Origin: an uncultured Gammaproteobacteria bacterium
GTDB taxonomy: Bacteria; Patescibacteriota; Microgenomatia; UBA10105; UBA927
Direction: 5' to 3'
Assembly (NCBI GenBank): GCA_964356315.1
Contig: CAYHHA010000003.1
Location: 12,010 to 76,009, forward strand
Length of the DNA stretch: 64,000 bases
Made by a program: the position numbers and the translations under genes. Numbering within the stretch: position 1 is the stretch's first letter; each line of letters begins with the position of its first letter. The notes beneath the pieces were generated by a model. It ran no database searches and had not been told where the DNA came from. It saw nothing but the letters and a program-made list of their open reading frames with translations. Positions 63,901 to 64,000 of this stretch are shown in pieces.

Positions 63901-64000
63901 ACTGCCAACCTGTGTTTTGCTTGCTACATCTAGATACAGGTTGCCTTTTTCATAGAGTATGTTTACTTTTTGCCCATTTATCTCCAGTTGATATCTACCT
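27928..64000 (-). CDS. Giant multidomain protein B (≥12,020 aa; 5' end/N-terminus beyond window end): SF2/SecA-like ATPase, internal TM helices, PP2C-like phosphatase, GNAT, Cys-peptidase-like, zincin-like motif, internal repeats
   Basis: The track ORF 27928..63873 (11,981 aa) is extended to 64000: the codons upstream of the first Met (GTG TTA AAA…) continue in frame with no stop to the window edge (…RYQLEINGQKVNILYEKGNLYLDVASKTQVGSTADLQLADGV-LKTETRF). The stop codon is TAA at 27928–27930. Confidence 0.9.
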   Translation of the reverse strand, partial: GRYQLEINGQKVNILYEKGNLYLDVASKTQVGSTADLQLADGVLKTETRFHVSDGSSLNKFKLSDRIIDTLNKEMAEYEVRLETHKEGKLSSFVSVDAKIDSILGKNVPTELSFKKLGATTPETVTGLDPTIRAATDRSVGKHVAELLKSQLDGKYEFTVNGQKVVFEKATKAGESTYITLTPGEGGTLVPVRDMSISALRGFEGGLKNQASVVLKAMTVEVGKRGILFEALTGIGKTTMLIPEIAVMKAKVTGKVVTSVLSDKAQLRLFIENYVDLPQGKSLSELTPKQLHEAEAVLSKVFGEKVAIFEGQRPRTASELADARIILTTKDVIFESIKGVEGYAIMEKMKGGVLLADEAQLSLRLEVDYVMSHGERSNLGSTLRGKTQISVFNEVTKGESLIKDAIDLIKRGDLDGARNLLKTEARTGEQGRIVDDGVQSKLYEQLLKQSVEKMTDPASKAKVQEYIARELAGKTGKDYQTKLGELLEKTEIPGVAREALTQMRTDFFERKTAAESIVDIIAKEYGVHYRNGDGRIVLAEENQISGRTPSKGYDALALEVIGTEVYNGVPTYHNGTKLGPVDVNAISITASATSTNYATFLKNFTEIFGFTGTPKYVAEQFKNIYGIDMGVGGISQDTFIFGGVFDGKTYTSQHAISKVVSASYGDFATQIKGGDIQHVVIATGERSSLDLISRIRSQHTEMDIIVRDANLKHYRIAKDGTRTEIKDLAELDALVETYRSGSNKGKKVITVYEYGMHKGVDSVTKFGEKFTVIAGKDTTMTELSQAIGRDRGRFDGYSELDIVGIGTSFTNQTTLREFLNKNETDLIARSQLSAVKRVADNLIGDTLASMYQAMDSMNARRLITGFNTTEYATTKIFIEQLMADARQVTDLNYSLGGGSTKGAADILATINRVHSFLRGIELIPSNNKFFKLLPPEVKQVYYERVSRERISYGQELLTNSPEPGAKFTPLNEVKSLDQYVNSIRSMETATKKALFDQDVFRGEPIQMRDLGATSRETPRSTTDIDGSLGTPPVARASHPAIESAKRSATIADGVKATANRVQRVIAITALNLDYLANSRTQATIQKQKMFSIGDEIPVVINGVTTTMKLEARFKINGVPLIGTPIPIPSIDFTVEDLSGQKGAVDKDVAGRLTNITTPNQTPIEKSDSDTAKNDSKTRMNSAVKVYLPIVAAELSSLLVAQGAPGVDVTALAHIAMNYEIIKTAGQDATAAHTALEAEVAKVLATKTITDPTKIQAIVNGITKHIDDEMVRVAPVSVPVIPAVAPILDKNGAPIVIGETITVTPSSFIYGQKQTGKVTAIATDGSSITIDVAGNLITYQAKDIGAGMHNVITKVTVSSFVTKDVLVKTNDLFWMSNTNGLTTGRDPADKIQVLVEQVGGRMVAKVGPASGSETLLINNRPVNVTSTALFELKKDDVVDFDGTRIVLSSNLNARGAQFTVSSITPAQAPAKSNWFTNTVVPALKDVGTWFSAPVSSNISLPRWVAGIIALAVGALVVAGIGAIAGAGGAVATVTATEAVASSEVATKAVWSINKVFAVFGGISLLLGSIGYVMTPSTTSKSPTGYIKYVLSSGVSSDVNASQSNGTKVTQVLQGANRIAGWYMLGGGFRGVAVAVMNESRRYIERMPETGWKQFALVAYETVLPTFGRSIPVGNATVKNVHFIVKTVIFLGTRASAIVSGNWWLPAMDVLRQIDYWANAPARVVTTTKLDAVTWLPSKAKTVLSYLSPFQDPPQWSQLNDLQRGLWIHNPTTPNKFISWVIKLLTATPGANPSYYLTRGVTGGAFLWKQFVPLPLAITEFLGNMALWIFDAIRISFTPGGFWAFISPDAFDQSIAGTSDVSKIPQYKKAVVIAENVGGLADIDVSTNTFVADARAQIVAANSTITDSGLRTQTVNDEMAIVVALAKRLFALRLAMDAVVVANTPAIIQAGITAPTLADPTAIKTILDLLKTATTTGISPTIEVSVLQDRADAFAKDIVAQIKDWETMVAAGGLPVAGLGVETAIVGKLGIVDQRYNALYLAWVKQKAAQINSIGGGTTPVVVIPVNQTLATPGQLNVGDEVQMLVSNTSSGETPSVEKGDVREKVTILPTDTINYGFIHVAQATGRVHVTVEGSETLGRNLSFSHTVPTNITSLGYGVFIHRAGKTYVIPLTEISTARLRAGGGGGGGAKIRTAGYYDLITKITPLNKEAVGLSIPPVLIVDLQEDEDVALIAYTDLKERVAVARDAKQKVSDREIERIALLLVNKNAYDENLTTLGNVETAINTLLGGFTYSTANVKSAEIARATDAIKAKAKDIAEKRSAFHTKVVSERVSLIESLVTGVSQTDILAKSEGILKLTSEFTLLKGVDTSADPKTYIGDELALLKPQLAELNIPPNTAPIVSAGIAVFGAGEAGARTIIETKVRDAVIKPATVDLPIYEAWVGAQTTILTEKARTAFIASSTPEQKAKSDIATLLPLLTSATVNETEVVQAVELIAKLKKLPPKVKDSAALTPGNLSKFEKALQKKIDALYDTAVRDVAGRLVLEPDYIVTTELDGIRNVYAAQRIAIRTIQANIQSLLAEAKQVADYAYSKSVWQHLISFVGSTKATELARAIPELGKNLISSQRAARAFVRLLIAAIDTEVGRTKPNYEKLSALQSVAEYIQSRWTDVHPFASVIKNSQVLISALSRLQAKLATRPAPLDINNVQTWQELVGYINAAKAADVIVSNLVDVLLTRKYGGMKVAEYSALTDAQKLTEIRTILGDHFSSDFQNSSDPVLSDEIADRLKGLNISEADIKSVFAQIKANSAFVKAIDGYLAEILARNEIVTSWPTIEDNVGTRVFVIERRGDGAFVVMPKNNNAIVDGKPLAEDQASDPIVEGTTVVHNGISYFVREYEGTLAVYDPASERMYKLFANGGMEIVDVKPFTGEWKVSLGSDSDQNIKVLDPGFVGKAFNIVRTATGVFTINNMPSRGRVGTFDGQPLSGIPLQNGTVIRLDNQAWTAVISARGDRLDLVEINNKYTLSVELDGTVHVVDNQSEGNITMEQGGPNGVIAAVHVSKPKSKKSGEDAIAVKPASIGSADGVSSKHVSRSPEGARYIADLMEEVKAEAKKLPLNKVQSFLEQQAFEINRKVMDEFGEDGASTYTGAFIHPAGYVFTIRVGDGDIMFGRDGKVYELDEVNTWTQKQNGPDYPSSSAYQDMYAMKSTGTMGLIPNMLGRDAFWGAKITSFAVTEGDTILISSDGLHKYFSKDSTKTESYAEHMVKAGKGSSPLEIERSIFNLIKPIVESRGPKAPDDVSVAVMRVSKLPKSSETVAVPVIQQAPVAPGGKKVIQFIPGTQKSVASTVKAQEILTELRKIFPEYDGLLDGPSYTDSTINNVISVALYELVQMTIANNNLKVDRAIPLEQEISRLIGIAPNGLKEGLRKLQGLLKPLVPTKQNEAKTRVTEALGEVSQILAQPDITLEGFKDASALIGAIVQRDINTAKMQRQVDEANAAFTKLRGEVFASTVTAYATDIAAAWENDPEYDGTIEKAELLKWKEVGVTPRAISLANSKLLDQAQSLYDAAVLEKTNQEIEQLNKQYGTISTVEELQQTVQDLLPRYQELETLLSENPEALALAQKATGALTDLIEETIDPMTLRELYVGLYADPNFETAQVIASYEAILTQLGYTSKEITSYSKDMLANAKDLADMNRAIDALKANTKDQALLDLLSTITADSSVGDARKVIQKYLTLFTRELQRTLRTRTAADELVWFGQIASIIQSEWTGVHPFTSIVKKIVDFNKTVTKLNKKLATVQKNTPQQITIKNGPTLVDKGLVTSDQFTSIFSGVTAYTATYFKRANGVFEATNTPSGGSFNVDRERASIQTKTGGETPLVKIESSELAEPVYLYFAGLDTSGQPQWIQYEVSSTGSSGTNTLTNINPVVETKKSNISSLIDEIKAFKQSIADANPLENWNQADPAYNKTTHVITVRNDSNELVGFLTLHTTDSNGKKAEADRMIVHPDYQGQDIATTMIKKAQELFQEITLQAVPSGLPIAKGTILDEADIDVLVSMYEKFGFALALRSGDMRSGDWHGKSMIWKKQSQPADVTEKEYAKALKDLQSAIESGKAPDVKKAQTALTTLARLSPQQWKTVGLKYAPRVLKITDAITALQSTKRVSMIAFVANEFANAAFPVKGVNQSLKDLRSVLDAARGVAAPTKKVGLVFGDPREDAIRQLVRAAQSGSTAMQSQSTIRSLPSNKQVSDYNGNLEKLFIDEALVIANQSHDPAAVQKAHDRNVQLVAENNLFDQKGTGNVVLHGVPLAQVSDKGEYGVLAADYYGSVGTIPNAVFMSKPGQIFQKDTPIDVINRTKAKEYGVSTAAEKRVTLVMDFDDQTMQQRSAGQVSDSKDFIASIGVPATAVRAIIINDRADLDTAIDAALSFDFYVPIYLSSGTLLFTESEFTDISYGFFQKAAGQVLSFGVDFMSEALQSAEAGIQSNFTYTAEAEIQKIVDGIVGINPKAKVGAQKYAKTQIQNIRHDIAEAKKKEPEYKTVEFTGIPSLAYALHSSGSLFGSSNDAISLINTRYLASGQLPTTVIGPKLLRPSEMKPQMYNGGRNPVLRNCNFSSCVTASLQNAIIILNQNNPEIPLPKNGEAELINKAIEIQFGTTNKPDPNAYSAADPVGFMMQTATHVVEELYGEKIDTLSDRNRGVNSRSIPALMETFRRGGVATFGVPGENHAMLLYGYDGVNKKILGWDQRLNVARDFTLAEFTRMINDDTGFAYMLFFAPVQKDPKVEVEEVLSSAFASNTGITPAKGDFPKIVEKVAKENGTTEGVFNAALAALNDPVVVALLKDALLNLPVDTKKAEQPYWAELIVRAALANDLTPADRVEYIKQVLKGIQLALRDGSILLSSAKQFVDVSALRAYPYGDGRTFNAGISSLLAGVDGLENPTWRVDIRYMGNLTAKELLFTILYMRHNKKIELQSATVEEKRTAFVNFFADPINEADLLLNILREEQGSRNATVGMLDFISGRPNLADDDADSVGVYKKVFEAAKTKANGMDRAMVGALARKREEVETAFLAADDPYTEAVTQLTAVAKAAKFDGKAIPEAVRSFWVAQTTKTFITTLNARLGKAQMDRTILSAIMQSIETEDLDEAWFLSDTPARIEADLKRIETDNTLISLRGRVAPLRAYIANQKMNVVHHVIAMSLSDVEKQGYDGVKQASDTIEKLNKRLNALGVQLTDVHRIGAKTRWTAASLRTELSTQYALGKENGEIARVNEFIQQTLLPAFEGNVPAAVAKLINSAQSTGVKGIAELVKVVVREAEQNTRGAQVDRQTLSFWSQVLYSIQTDLKTQLPVYDVISRTTKLTQSIASLKEKRNKAWAIRLYKDLLQDLEKLGINIPEEYIQANDYVGVIAAAYIRLHQLPAGPSERKSYVIETIRDISAEVAVITGDIQSPTSMLISAMVKDEDRDAENPEALALAQKATGALTDLIEETIDPMTLRELYVGLYADPNFETAQVIASYEAILTQLGYTSKEITSYSKDMLANAKDLADMNRAIDALKANTKDQALLDLLSTITADSSVGDARKVIQKYLTLFTRELQRTLRTRTAADELVWFGQIASIIQSEWTGVHPFTSIVKKITDFNKTVAQLNKKLKAINATGESQSSVAQAVFNELLTALQNANTTTDTVALAAAVKTATALSIASWESAVSTFNAQPQADSFVKQVIDAFGKIRDEANIDAIVMTLKPVIEKWKSLDELRPILYKRLDGHIQKTIRSQNPFADVYKNHSIEISKGNVNEFALMITELKVSIDSLKKSNDLTYINAVLGVSDPFLKVLTEFGFENSANVQELRESFINLKARKTILDVAVAKHSNTPEEIQYAINEIQAGKNRLSTAVFIKQPEYEVVTSEAPLVFSNFAEFKRTMQAWLTKSAGKDLVIAVDLGSRVEYRSVSSLLQFLEDYGVYDVVSGTFHVGDDTVYGLFKYNGMALTETATIEAYYKGAKMYYLTPVPTPPANAQKPVVVVIAAPVVDVDFKTLLSDLTDALKDRDVTRVREAVTALGQIQKVGQVDLKNTKTAIGSLARAIRAVQKAGNVDILKALVSASIIPLGAGNKMVEVRDVLKIVQEDLKTSQVPSSSDLELIVQGMKEEERTAKELLTQKLARSEADFVIITDEMRAQITSILSTYSNLTEAQKNKIARYTIHVLVALDNRINNIGDAIIKVNTEFPGFLAPHEADAISVSLEYILGSKNNSFALKTLTDSDLKEVISAVVAKEALKYDLPIQTKETLIKLLQQENSSYVYDENSVSDPINDIIVFRKEDSDKAHVQGGGALNLARTDTTDQDKALTLFHEKLHLKISALRDASTTESYWMPIDSESQEIVVTALQYLYAKKIGLPTEQIEKSSKYWGGAIGLARVLERLKTSGKFDWTDPIKRSELYKMALSSNFSPVIEAYVEAFGGDKKKIAEYFSSVTDGYFYNSQEILISAQRDMKMLVASQLFPQSSTLGPVIKQSTLDELNAKTKAEVNEFQAFILRKGDDEKIVYVGITTAPPKSDAPASQAQASDSTVKQEVSIGTIPKDGKSYYLWMNNGKMEIRANRLETTDPLVSVEASTTSENLTVGSIGSHRVNNVPVTSTLRPFVFSLNNTNAGSFTIDTITINFKRSANGGFDLFEEKNVAAQSAPAQPNVAGNQEQIVNALKSKLVTDAQKITLVLNLSNADVVQPAIANAALEFLGNYQIRSRDEFSSLVAIRQLWFRDAALNINQNPLYRTFSNQMSSTRITLYQTVNTSLEVFVKEENGFKTFKGTVTGGTIGYNRNNTITQTMPFSGQTVGDYERTGSPTGEVAVGGVNYFRLINPQILTPVLAAYAQKQAEFDASLAKTTEIVPESRVVPQAGVIYRLQQSMFGGTAKSLKMNSTENAHIRVISGNMEISNQYDLDRNPDKREWFINKASSEDVAINGREFTKPQILKAGDEIRFGNTRHDAFTVSFDAEGNLLLTATTVANRTTNTQPSSSASTSTATNAETELETIIATITKEPTLQAQLLAATVGVRDSVAIRQFIQQRANSAGWKPDSTNVTNNIYKKLLDTKKFPPNTDAQMKLLAKSFQAQMFAATADKKKPAAEKVQSQAPLKQAQTKPAVTKSTASTKAPNDDIEKAFTTIGLDPSVREIARSIIVAIQAELSSPDPINKKRRGAYISVNSQSPSRLSLMVSGHIQAIIAGDEWRHITLNITVGAQEEQLLQVLFGDMDAARTMAVAIAPQATKDIRNSFKSPLAGGGGPSNTKTSVRTYLPTQFQAMMDGGDEFSARKRTRIGDLVARSGIGCEVGIHILPVVYAQATSCAPNQALTYALNTLTDAPWYTVVNTTDGAIDWFQTFLKGTRSLGSATPSLSLTGKQQFAFAASSLPTPGEPLNRATYIQLYVLIEGASGMLEVNSKNQSELAAALIDPKNADMIGSFLEAKDVDPVVAKQYLQAMSLMIGFVPAPMWSEDVVTSLYTVVDALRDISTDNGKQLATLFAQFISSGSKDEAKKQWKSTFSTFFTDVLKIPEEIAQADAFLFGNKEHAGLLGILLSNYNEMAMFEGDDFTNPRFIRQRGARGVIAKTLEVAYEAGKTGGDLPPVRNKVGASDTTSVESQLKLFQLNVTNTAKPKKSKDEASTYWTETELEAAMQEQYDAGKREALDIQASAFLKTVVMPLVKGKDKFKAFAQINLTKKSLGDLQAFLTYVEIHVQDRLGKNLQKGELEFMDKMLTGVLNGLKNQAPLVANLSRIQQVTDLSAQVAKLSGRDDKQESFTREVEGIQRVGLSILPADLQSKHYARIIASLYSQTMQRNGGYMSGSADSIAIDALVKSITAILTASNDQESLLVVSLMNDQVLHDLPLTVIENVQKTPDGSIPAETFALWNRQLEVATNPVIEKAQPISEALDKLQQEISRTQPVENVGYADSVQKALGNVKQVFGSDVSAVYAGAMNTDKEGAVLVPTNRIEHAELLRNVEIALRDYGTQIPDTLTKDIAQLFDELVKPEFKPSDFDNSNANIIAFDLVTDEVVQRLKALLEAYGKQYGFAPEFIELTAGTEKFAHTFARLSGYKKFAVHVLVGIIQKGDWNTNSVGTDVRAFRTEIADQSYERVIKPLESLRKELSNADAVMKATRNVLSLLQNRVSEAVGQTGLLELYPAPKAEDATLWNDAVYADRLTTWVQSLLDSLTPTDAGPSVIKLQMEKSLESIQALLDGYKGTKLSDEETMKQMEQKMTSVLSEIKSPVKSTKDTFLDAVRASVASNPNSFLVLLDPSFIRALFENMQDSQGSLHGEFSSLGSSIFAKVPPESTVIAKLEEFAEQVKKSSTIDMAQLSEFDNLMGATVGTYGVTEEQIAVSPGKFLEAVLKSANVNIKNFAGSPLSAFQQTIQTPEGRLAIAGAYVNVWRSMDKQLLDVQKLKGGTAEQVKDAPDSTRNKLTQLMKSANIKFGLGIAYNESLTLEQNASILIAALEKDGQKVDAYKKLFLYTEPPMQRVRNLTVKLLEEVPQTWKESTTEYEALATGFINEFVSSGFPLDKIQSDMAGTGAQVTRLQKAMGELATSFQTGTNTPQEAMQQFSLYMPSLVQLLGSVSMKDLPTVVTELQKAIAAIQKVTSFGEPEPKNADEILTNPAFLKELLAFIAPTGLQTKELNRPILAAHLASLNTSGKNYDLYVFLRPFAEAVFSQIPDKAVQDEKKSAGNTMIDLLLTMEPTITLADASRDSVIKSILPALGLYTSVSQLTDAVEAIQANPEFRMALTGIQSQLNEARESAVSVERLLSVYVQTIFSVGFEKRSELPTVLSALKKSVDDLDGMKTGWVMPKADDKNPESAFVLAQANTTKITKVLAENSLGRNNSAISNVALLRLTNELGRYVYARLQQSKPIEAPRGGNANTKGSSLATAPLFHVDPAFLEVKSITPDVIFDPSTLPFQAQVGEFASTSWESVEFSTIFSDSVSSWLLPPEDIVKAVKRFVGYDPAESMMGQLAGHDDVPGGYRNNLTDYQVETELRAHRPVVISRDGRSILIQSNEDKTDVAYKYFERDSADFPYTSVQFDGVTYHSTIEKTASTMVQIYTELAKTFNIGVSSKESMTVQFEGDKKSETTLSTISLWKAMGSPQVPVFQGKVLITYKDKTVLLVGSQDGQFAVYEVPSEAQISQIERRTLRHIIYRNLPSYLRSVPNVKHMIDALLSGVFPIGAAMDAGFDLARSAEVVSQSAGIAAQFVSDGVAPIDAIPMVNAILRAAIKKDVTGDTAAFFESIRSLMQTSITPEGWYVSADATANGFTTANEARLREIVGALFTSQGISQEPSLVNAFVDAIGIYLWNRIAADAKTGESYGLKIPEMTSSHKEDYLNISEFGNDSILDVTAEYLREDRTLLAKKYDESRKEHGDVDQLQTAVQRQLRTGASTQSLHDVLKISDSVAFDETTIRTIIGDIQTLEADKARANSNENLDRVELNKNIEALAKKLQEQYQTLGIYYVGNDGFKFTFKDKSGHDVVIDITTPTPHELVQLRAFIESDMTLTSQQKVTQLAQLPTVVSYGSMGSIGFMVMNSQKTYDKPIQMKDVGYGVFIITKVPNPYIAYIQQQVFLKKQLALYDDRAKWFTLALENPEYLPIIETLTYGNRARFTYGIEHEESLLEESLVSSLILTAIKDKWGIKKLAIALMAENAVPFIHKNEKQSASSINNTAIYSNLDEIELRLRYFEGKTTINPFANILKLPVDDVGIHQDLQEKVTKLGKKINVAIEGKRYDLRRAGIMGTWVDASDKRWVDDGHHRQTKALEEQIKTGEKIVAYYRDLTPQLLIDQGRGKILEVMEANEKDLCGGKCYDVRGGVKYFTQSAAKKLGGILNFRESRGTKQDLLVFLYTTGIRDPDILSSLEIAQDTSQAEYALKILGLPKGMVKFALNLSDIEGEGHQILAEKLLNLSVTLPPEAADQLWSYIQPFIVQESLKNMGSDINATDDDVQEVSTIQQILDWPFAERGYFGELIQPKALTFIANKLNAWSYFESRYEYLGREEFAKNIQSEWNRLQGVENIYSVMTLYINTLSKEEKPELLQKIGFSNSYGAIIGDIYDKFLFEKIALQTNEGVFAEWLESWKSVDPAYNPYIGELVFLQLFGTPSVQLSAYPWKSKIEFIEFADGTLKQYLLKKQKEVAKKSKEEKLVFNDPDVIASLIESLTFDNNNWVTLSMLYAHSDLKTSPEEWLTSLLLVMAKTTTSTYRVSLGPDFEDNGWDKYYKSKSIEMFDAIHVFVKKYGADLNSYFFTQQTIKRMKNVQTIFETLTNEAKERVNTSPITIKMLVKEFTENNRKVTLGGLTQRTELEEAETLLESTTYEDLAVQYEAGLKKRIENAYRMAEFKIKQGKRIDAQDEVKTDGLFGTGLFSQVERPAISAHFEALPEGDKQIIIEAFKTEVATIVSEFARYAEIASTAMVYADRFETEAQLYIYGLQMIRFANTIGNIKSIDDVQTESISLSTASRLFKADEASATVIVPQAEPILSFDIFASKVNDRTITALQTFLGTTEDTIQRINAGIDAYHDTMWNDSMQGQAPTSPENSEVNVDMSLWPEEPDVQSAIRINPKESKEKRSVYTESVFVIQKSDITLADAPVEYKKYFVKIGESGDISTTSLNEENSVYVGVHKTTKNFVITNGPWWKNAKQRPSVTRRYSAKDNTDLQSGDVLGLAYYGIMTPQYFRVYIDKSGDLYLINIPAKNIDAVLKAREQFYSKEIINSNPISPKSVQSSQSSPNFLDRLIVPAKEVASVIAEFRANFDIATSPWRSVKDEIERTTDFAKAKKDLTRVVTAYNSDKSVNLSPLTSLLYGELESSPIRGFVEQLLLDSPKQLSSGDVTSLEKQLRKWLVEQEVLHRDVFDAEYTRVNDQFTEMGMPLKTANADAKTVPIVSKDDVAFEKSLYANVKEQLINELPKGTRPESVTETDIQERLKSILGIYDQRTGVIVIRSSVAFLAKSEGADGPNRAYIRDLIAHELSHDLVREYSPYLTPEANEKLAIVLMIARRAHELRQNGAVDSASGSVWQQATLSVIGDPANLEENPGIVSEAYAELYHQFETSIFRVLFAGNVSTEDRLLAIASYFNATRELKPSKLGRAGIEKAMAEAFRAALGSRASSLNPGEIEAYLKGTDFLQNESDNIPIKMDVAITGTYPSYAQKAGINLQPYRILVVVQNEYVREEIRRNLLNYGADRDNILIADSQATFKRYVNESPNVVIVDGHDDPEKIRNALNIPVVIYSNTALRIRGIPCVSPGDGEYMLAAAVMSAEERLDVNSPPMHYLMAPSSKKSSIASQPSSSTPEQKEVVVGALQNGKQSLRTLYTSSEIVITPDAVQIDVKGDISIVKINGIAFPHKQYRSAPADIGGGMMRLGESTLIRSTDLRVGDTVEFNGSETVYIVGIDVKGRVALFNQGDLLGEPVVQFDSEISPKNGVYINAERGVFMGRIIAHSDLVDARSKILNAIDSKYSLNAADALSVKRVLEEYSMSSSETTTIKLSDGRTIDILVRVNNTIAFSAWKLQRETAPQAVTTTPSKEVLSTKKSSVPSTVPVESASLAVGKIGKGLADSSDIPFHTSTIHVGGGDVTVTNDRYSIVVDSPSIIGELSAQEIQASAVTFAKLVDSAMNNFNPVLFESDSDRRNAISSKVRQAVDDALSKEMLVTGNMVFSIHIPYEKNGMQYMFSYVVGDPNQYVIHANGAYESLFTTKSLTPEDVTRILNRQNPASWEDTDLFVKAWSALDDSERQKYQFLYNSGTGSTPVSFLLPNMIAYGNSYPIQDGDTFFFGSDAVEKGTSDVSDRLKQVSEAIKKSTTLQNAASTIQSIYVGAQTGAQSWSDMLFGVPKQKAMSIRNVDDFGFVLMRPVKSTKQGLVARASDCVSFNPLVGRVYAVTFGEVGNTCVLFLRAPFRAKAEAIKAFTVGKKDGLGAGFASFTNSLFTSEAERNASAVFGGEAGATVPAISIQSIRASLPSREDITELAKDYLIRPFVTAGYDLYDFFRQDRTVPVTNPC
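30935..31070 (-). other. HEXXH zincin-like motif near C-terminus of giant B (AYIRDLIAHELSHDLVREYSPYLTPEANEKLAIV)
   Basis: HELSH is followed by a Glu-containing helix. It is possibly an ImmA/IrrE- or minimal-zincin-like fold. Confidence 0.3.
47123..47623 (-). repeat. Intragenic direct repeat copy B (aa ~5417–5586)
   Basis: See copy A. The offset between copies is 5,544 bp (1,848 codons, so in frame). Confidence 0.9.
49684..50260 (-). other. Papain-like cysteine peptidase-like segment (C39/C70-like Cys…His arrangement) in giant B
   Basis: …NPVLRNCNFSSCVTASLQNAIIIL… (candidate nucleophile Cys) … GENHAMLLYGYDGVNKKILGWDQ (His followed by an aromatic/Gly-rich strand). Motif-level only. Confidence 0.35.
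51754..52191 (-). other. GNAT-family N-acetyltransferase-like domain in giant B
   Basis: HVITVRNDSNELVGFLTLHTTDSNGKKAEADRMIVHPDYQGQDIATTMIKKAQELF. This is GNAT motif A (V.P.yqG.GiG..L). Confidence 0.5.
52667..53168 (-). repeat. Intragenic direct repeat copy A (~501 bp, 100% identical to 47,123–47,623); encodes ENPEALALAQKATGALTDLIEE…SEWTGVHPFTSIVKKI (aa ~3569–3738)
   Basis: Nucleotide-for-nucleotide identity read directly from the sequence. The track shows identical + strand ORFs at 47345 and 52889. Confidence 0.9.
54088..54771 (-). other. PP2C/PPM-type Ser/Thr phosphatase-like domain in giant B
   Basis: …YTGAFIHPAGYVFTIRVGDGDIMFGRDGKVYELDEVNT… (anvGDSR.yl.r.G…lT.DH), …GDTILISSDGLHKYF… (lll.SDGl.d) and …PDDVSVAVMRV (DDiTvvvv). 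Confidence 0.5.
55900..56420 (-). repeat. Third, diverged copy of the same ~170-aa module in giant B (…SVAEYIQSRWTDVHPFASVIKNSQ…)
   Basis: 'gcaaatggatgaacatcggtccatcgggattgaatatattctgc' at ~55,981 versus 'cttgtaaatggatgaacaccagtccactcagattgaataattgaggc' in copies A and B. Confidence 0.5.
57439..57459 (-). repeat. (GGT/GGA)7 run encoding Gly7 (RAGGGGGGGAKIR) in giant B
   Basis: + strand reads accaccaccaccacctccacc. Confidence 0.8.
59284..59499 (-). other. Two predicted transmembrane helices inside giant B (aa ~1459–1488 WVAGIIALAVGALVVAGIGAIAGAGGAV; ~1508–1530 WSINKVFAVFGGISLLLGSIGYVM)
   Basis: Strongly hydrophobic Ala/Gly/Ile/Leu-rich stretches. The mirror-image + strand ORF 59096..59830 is the Ala/Pro-rich antisense artefact. 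Confidence 0.6.
61590..63320 (-). other. SF2 helicase/translocase-like ATPase (SecA/DEAD-like) region of giant B
   Basis: Walker A EALTGIGKTTML (aa 189–200, nt ~63,283–63,300), motif II LLADEAQ (aa 313–318, nt ~62,925) and helicase-C/arginine-finger ELSQAIGRDRGRFDGYSE (aa ~740–757). This resembles SecA's QLRGRSGRQGDPGSS. Confidence 0.55.

Noticed and set aside
1-64000. Alternative genetic code (UGA or UAG reassigned) to explain the giant ORFs
   Set aside because: This is unnecessary. The standard code already yields an uninterrupted ≥36-kb frame, and TGA/TAA/TAG all occur as proper terminators of the small genes (TGA at 25,645; TAA at 27,928).
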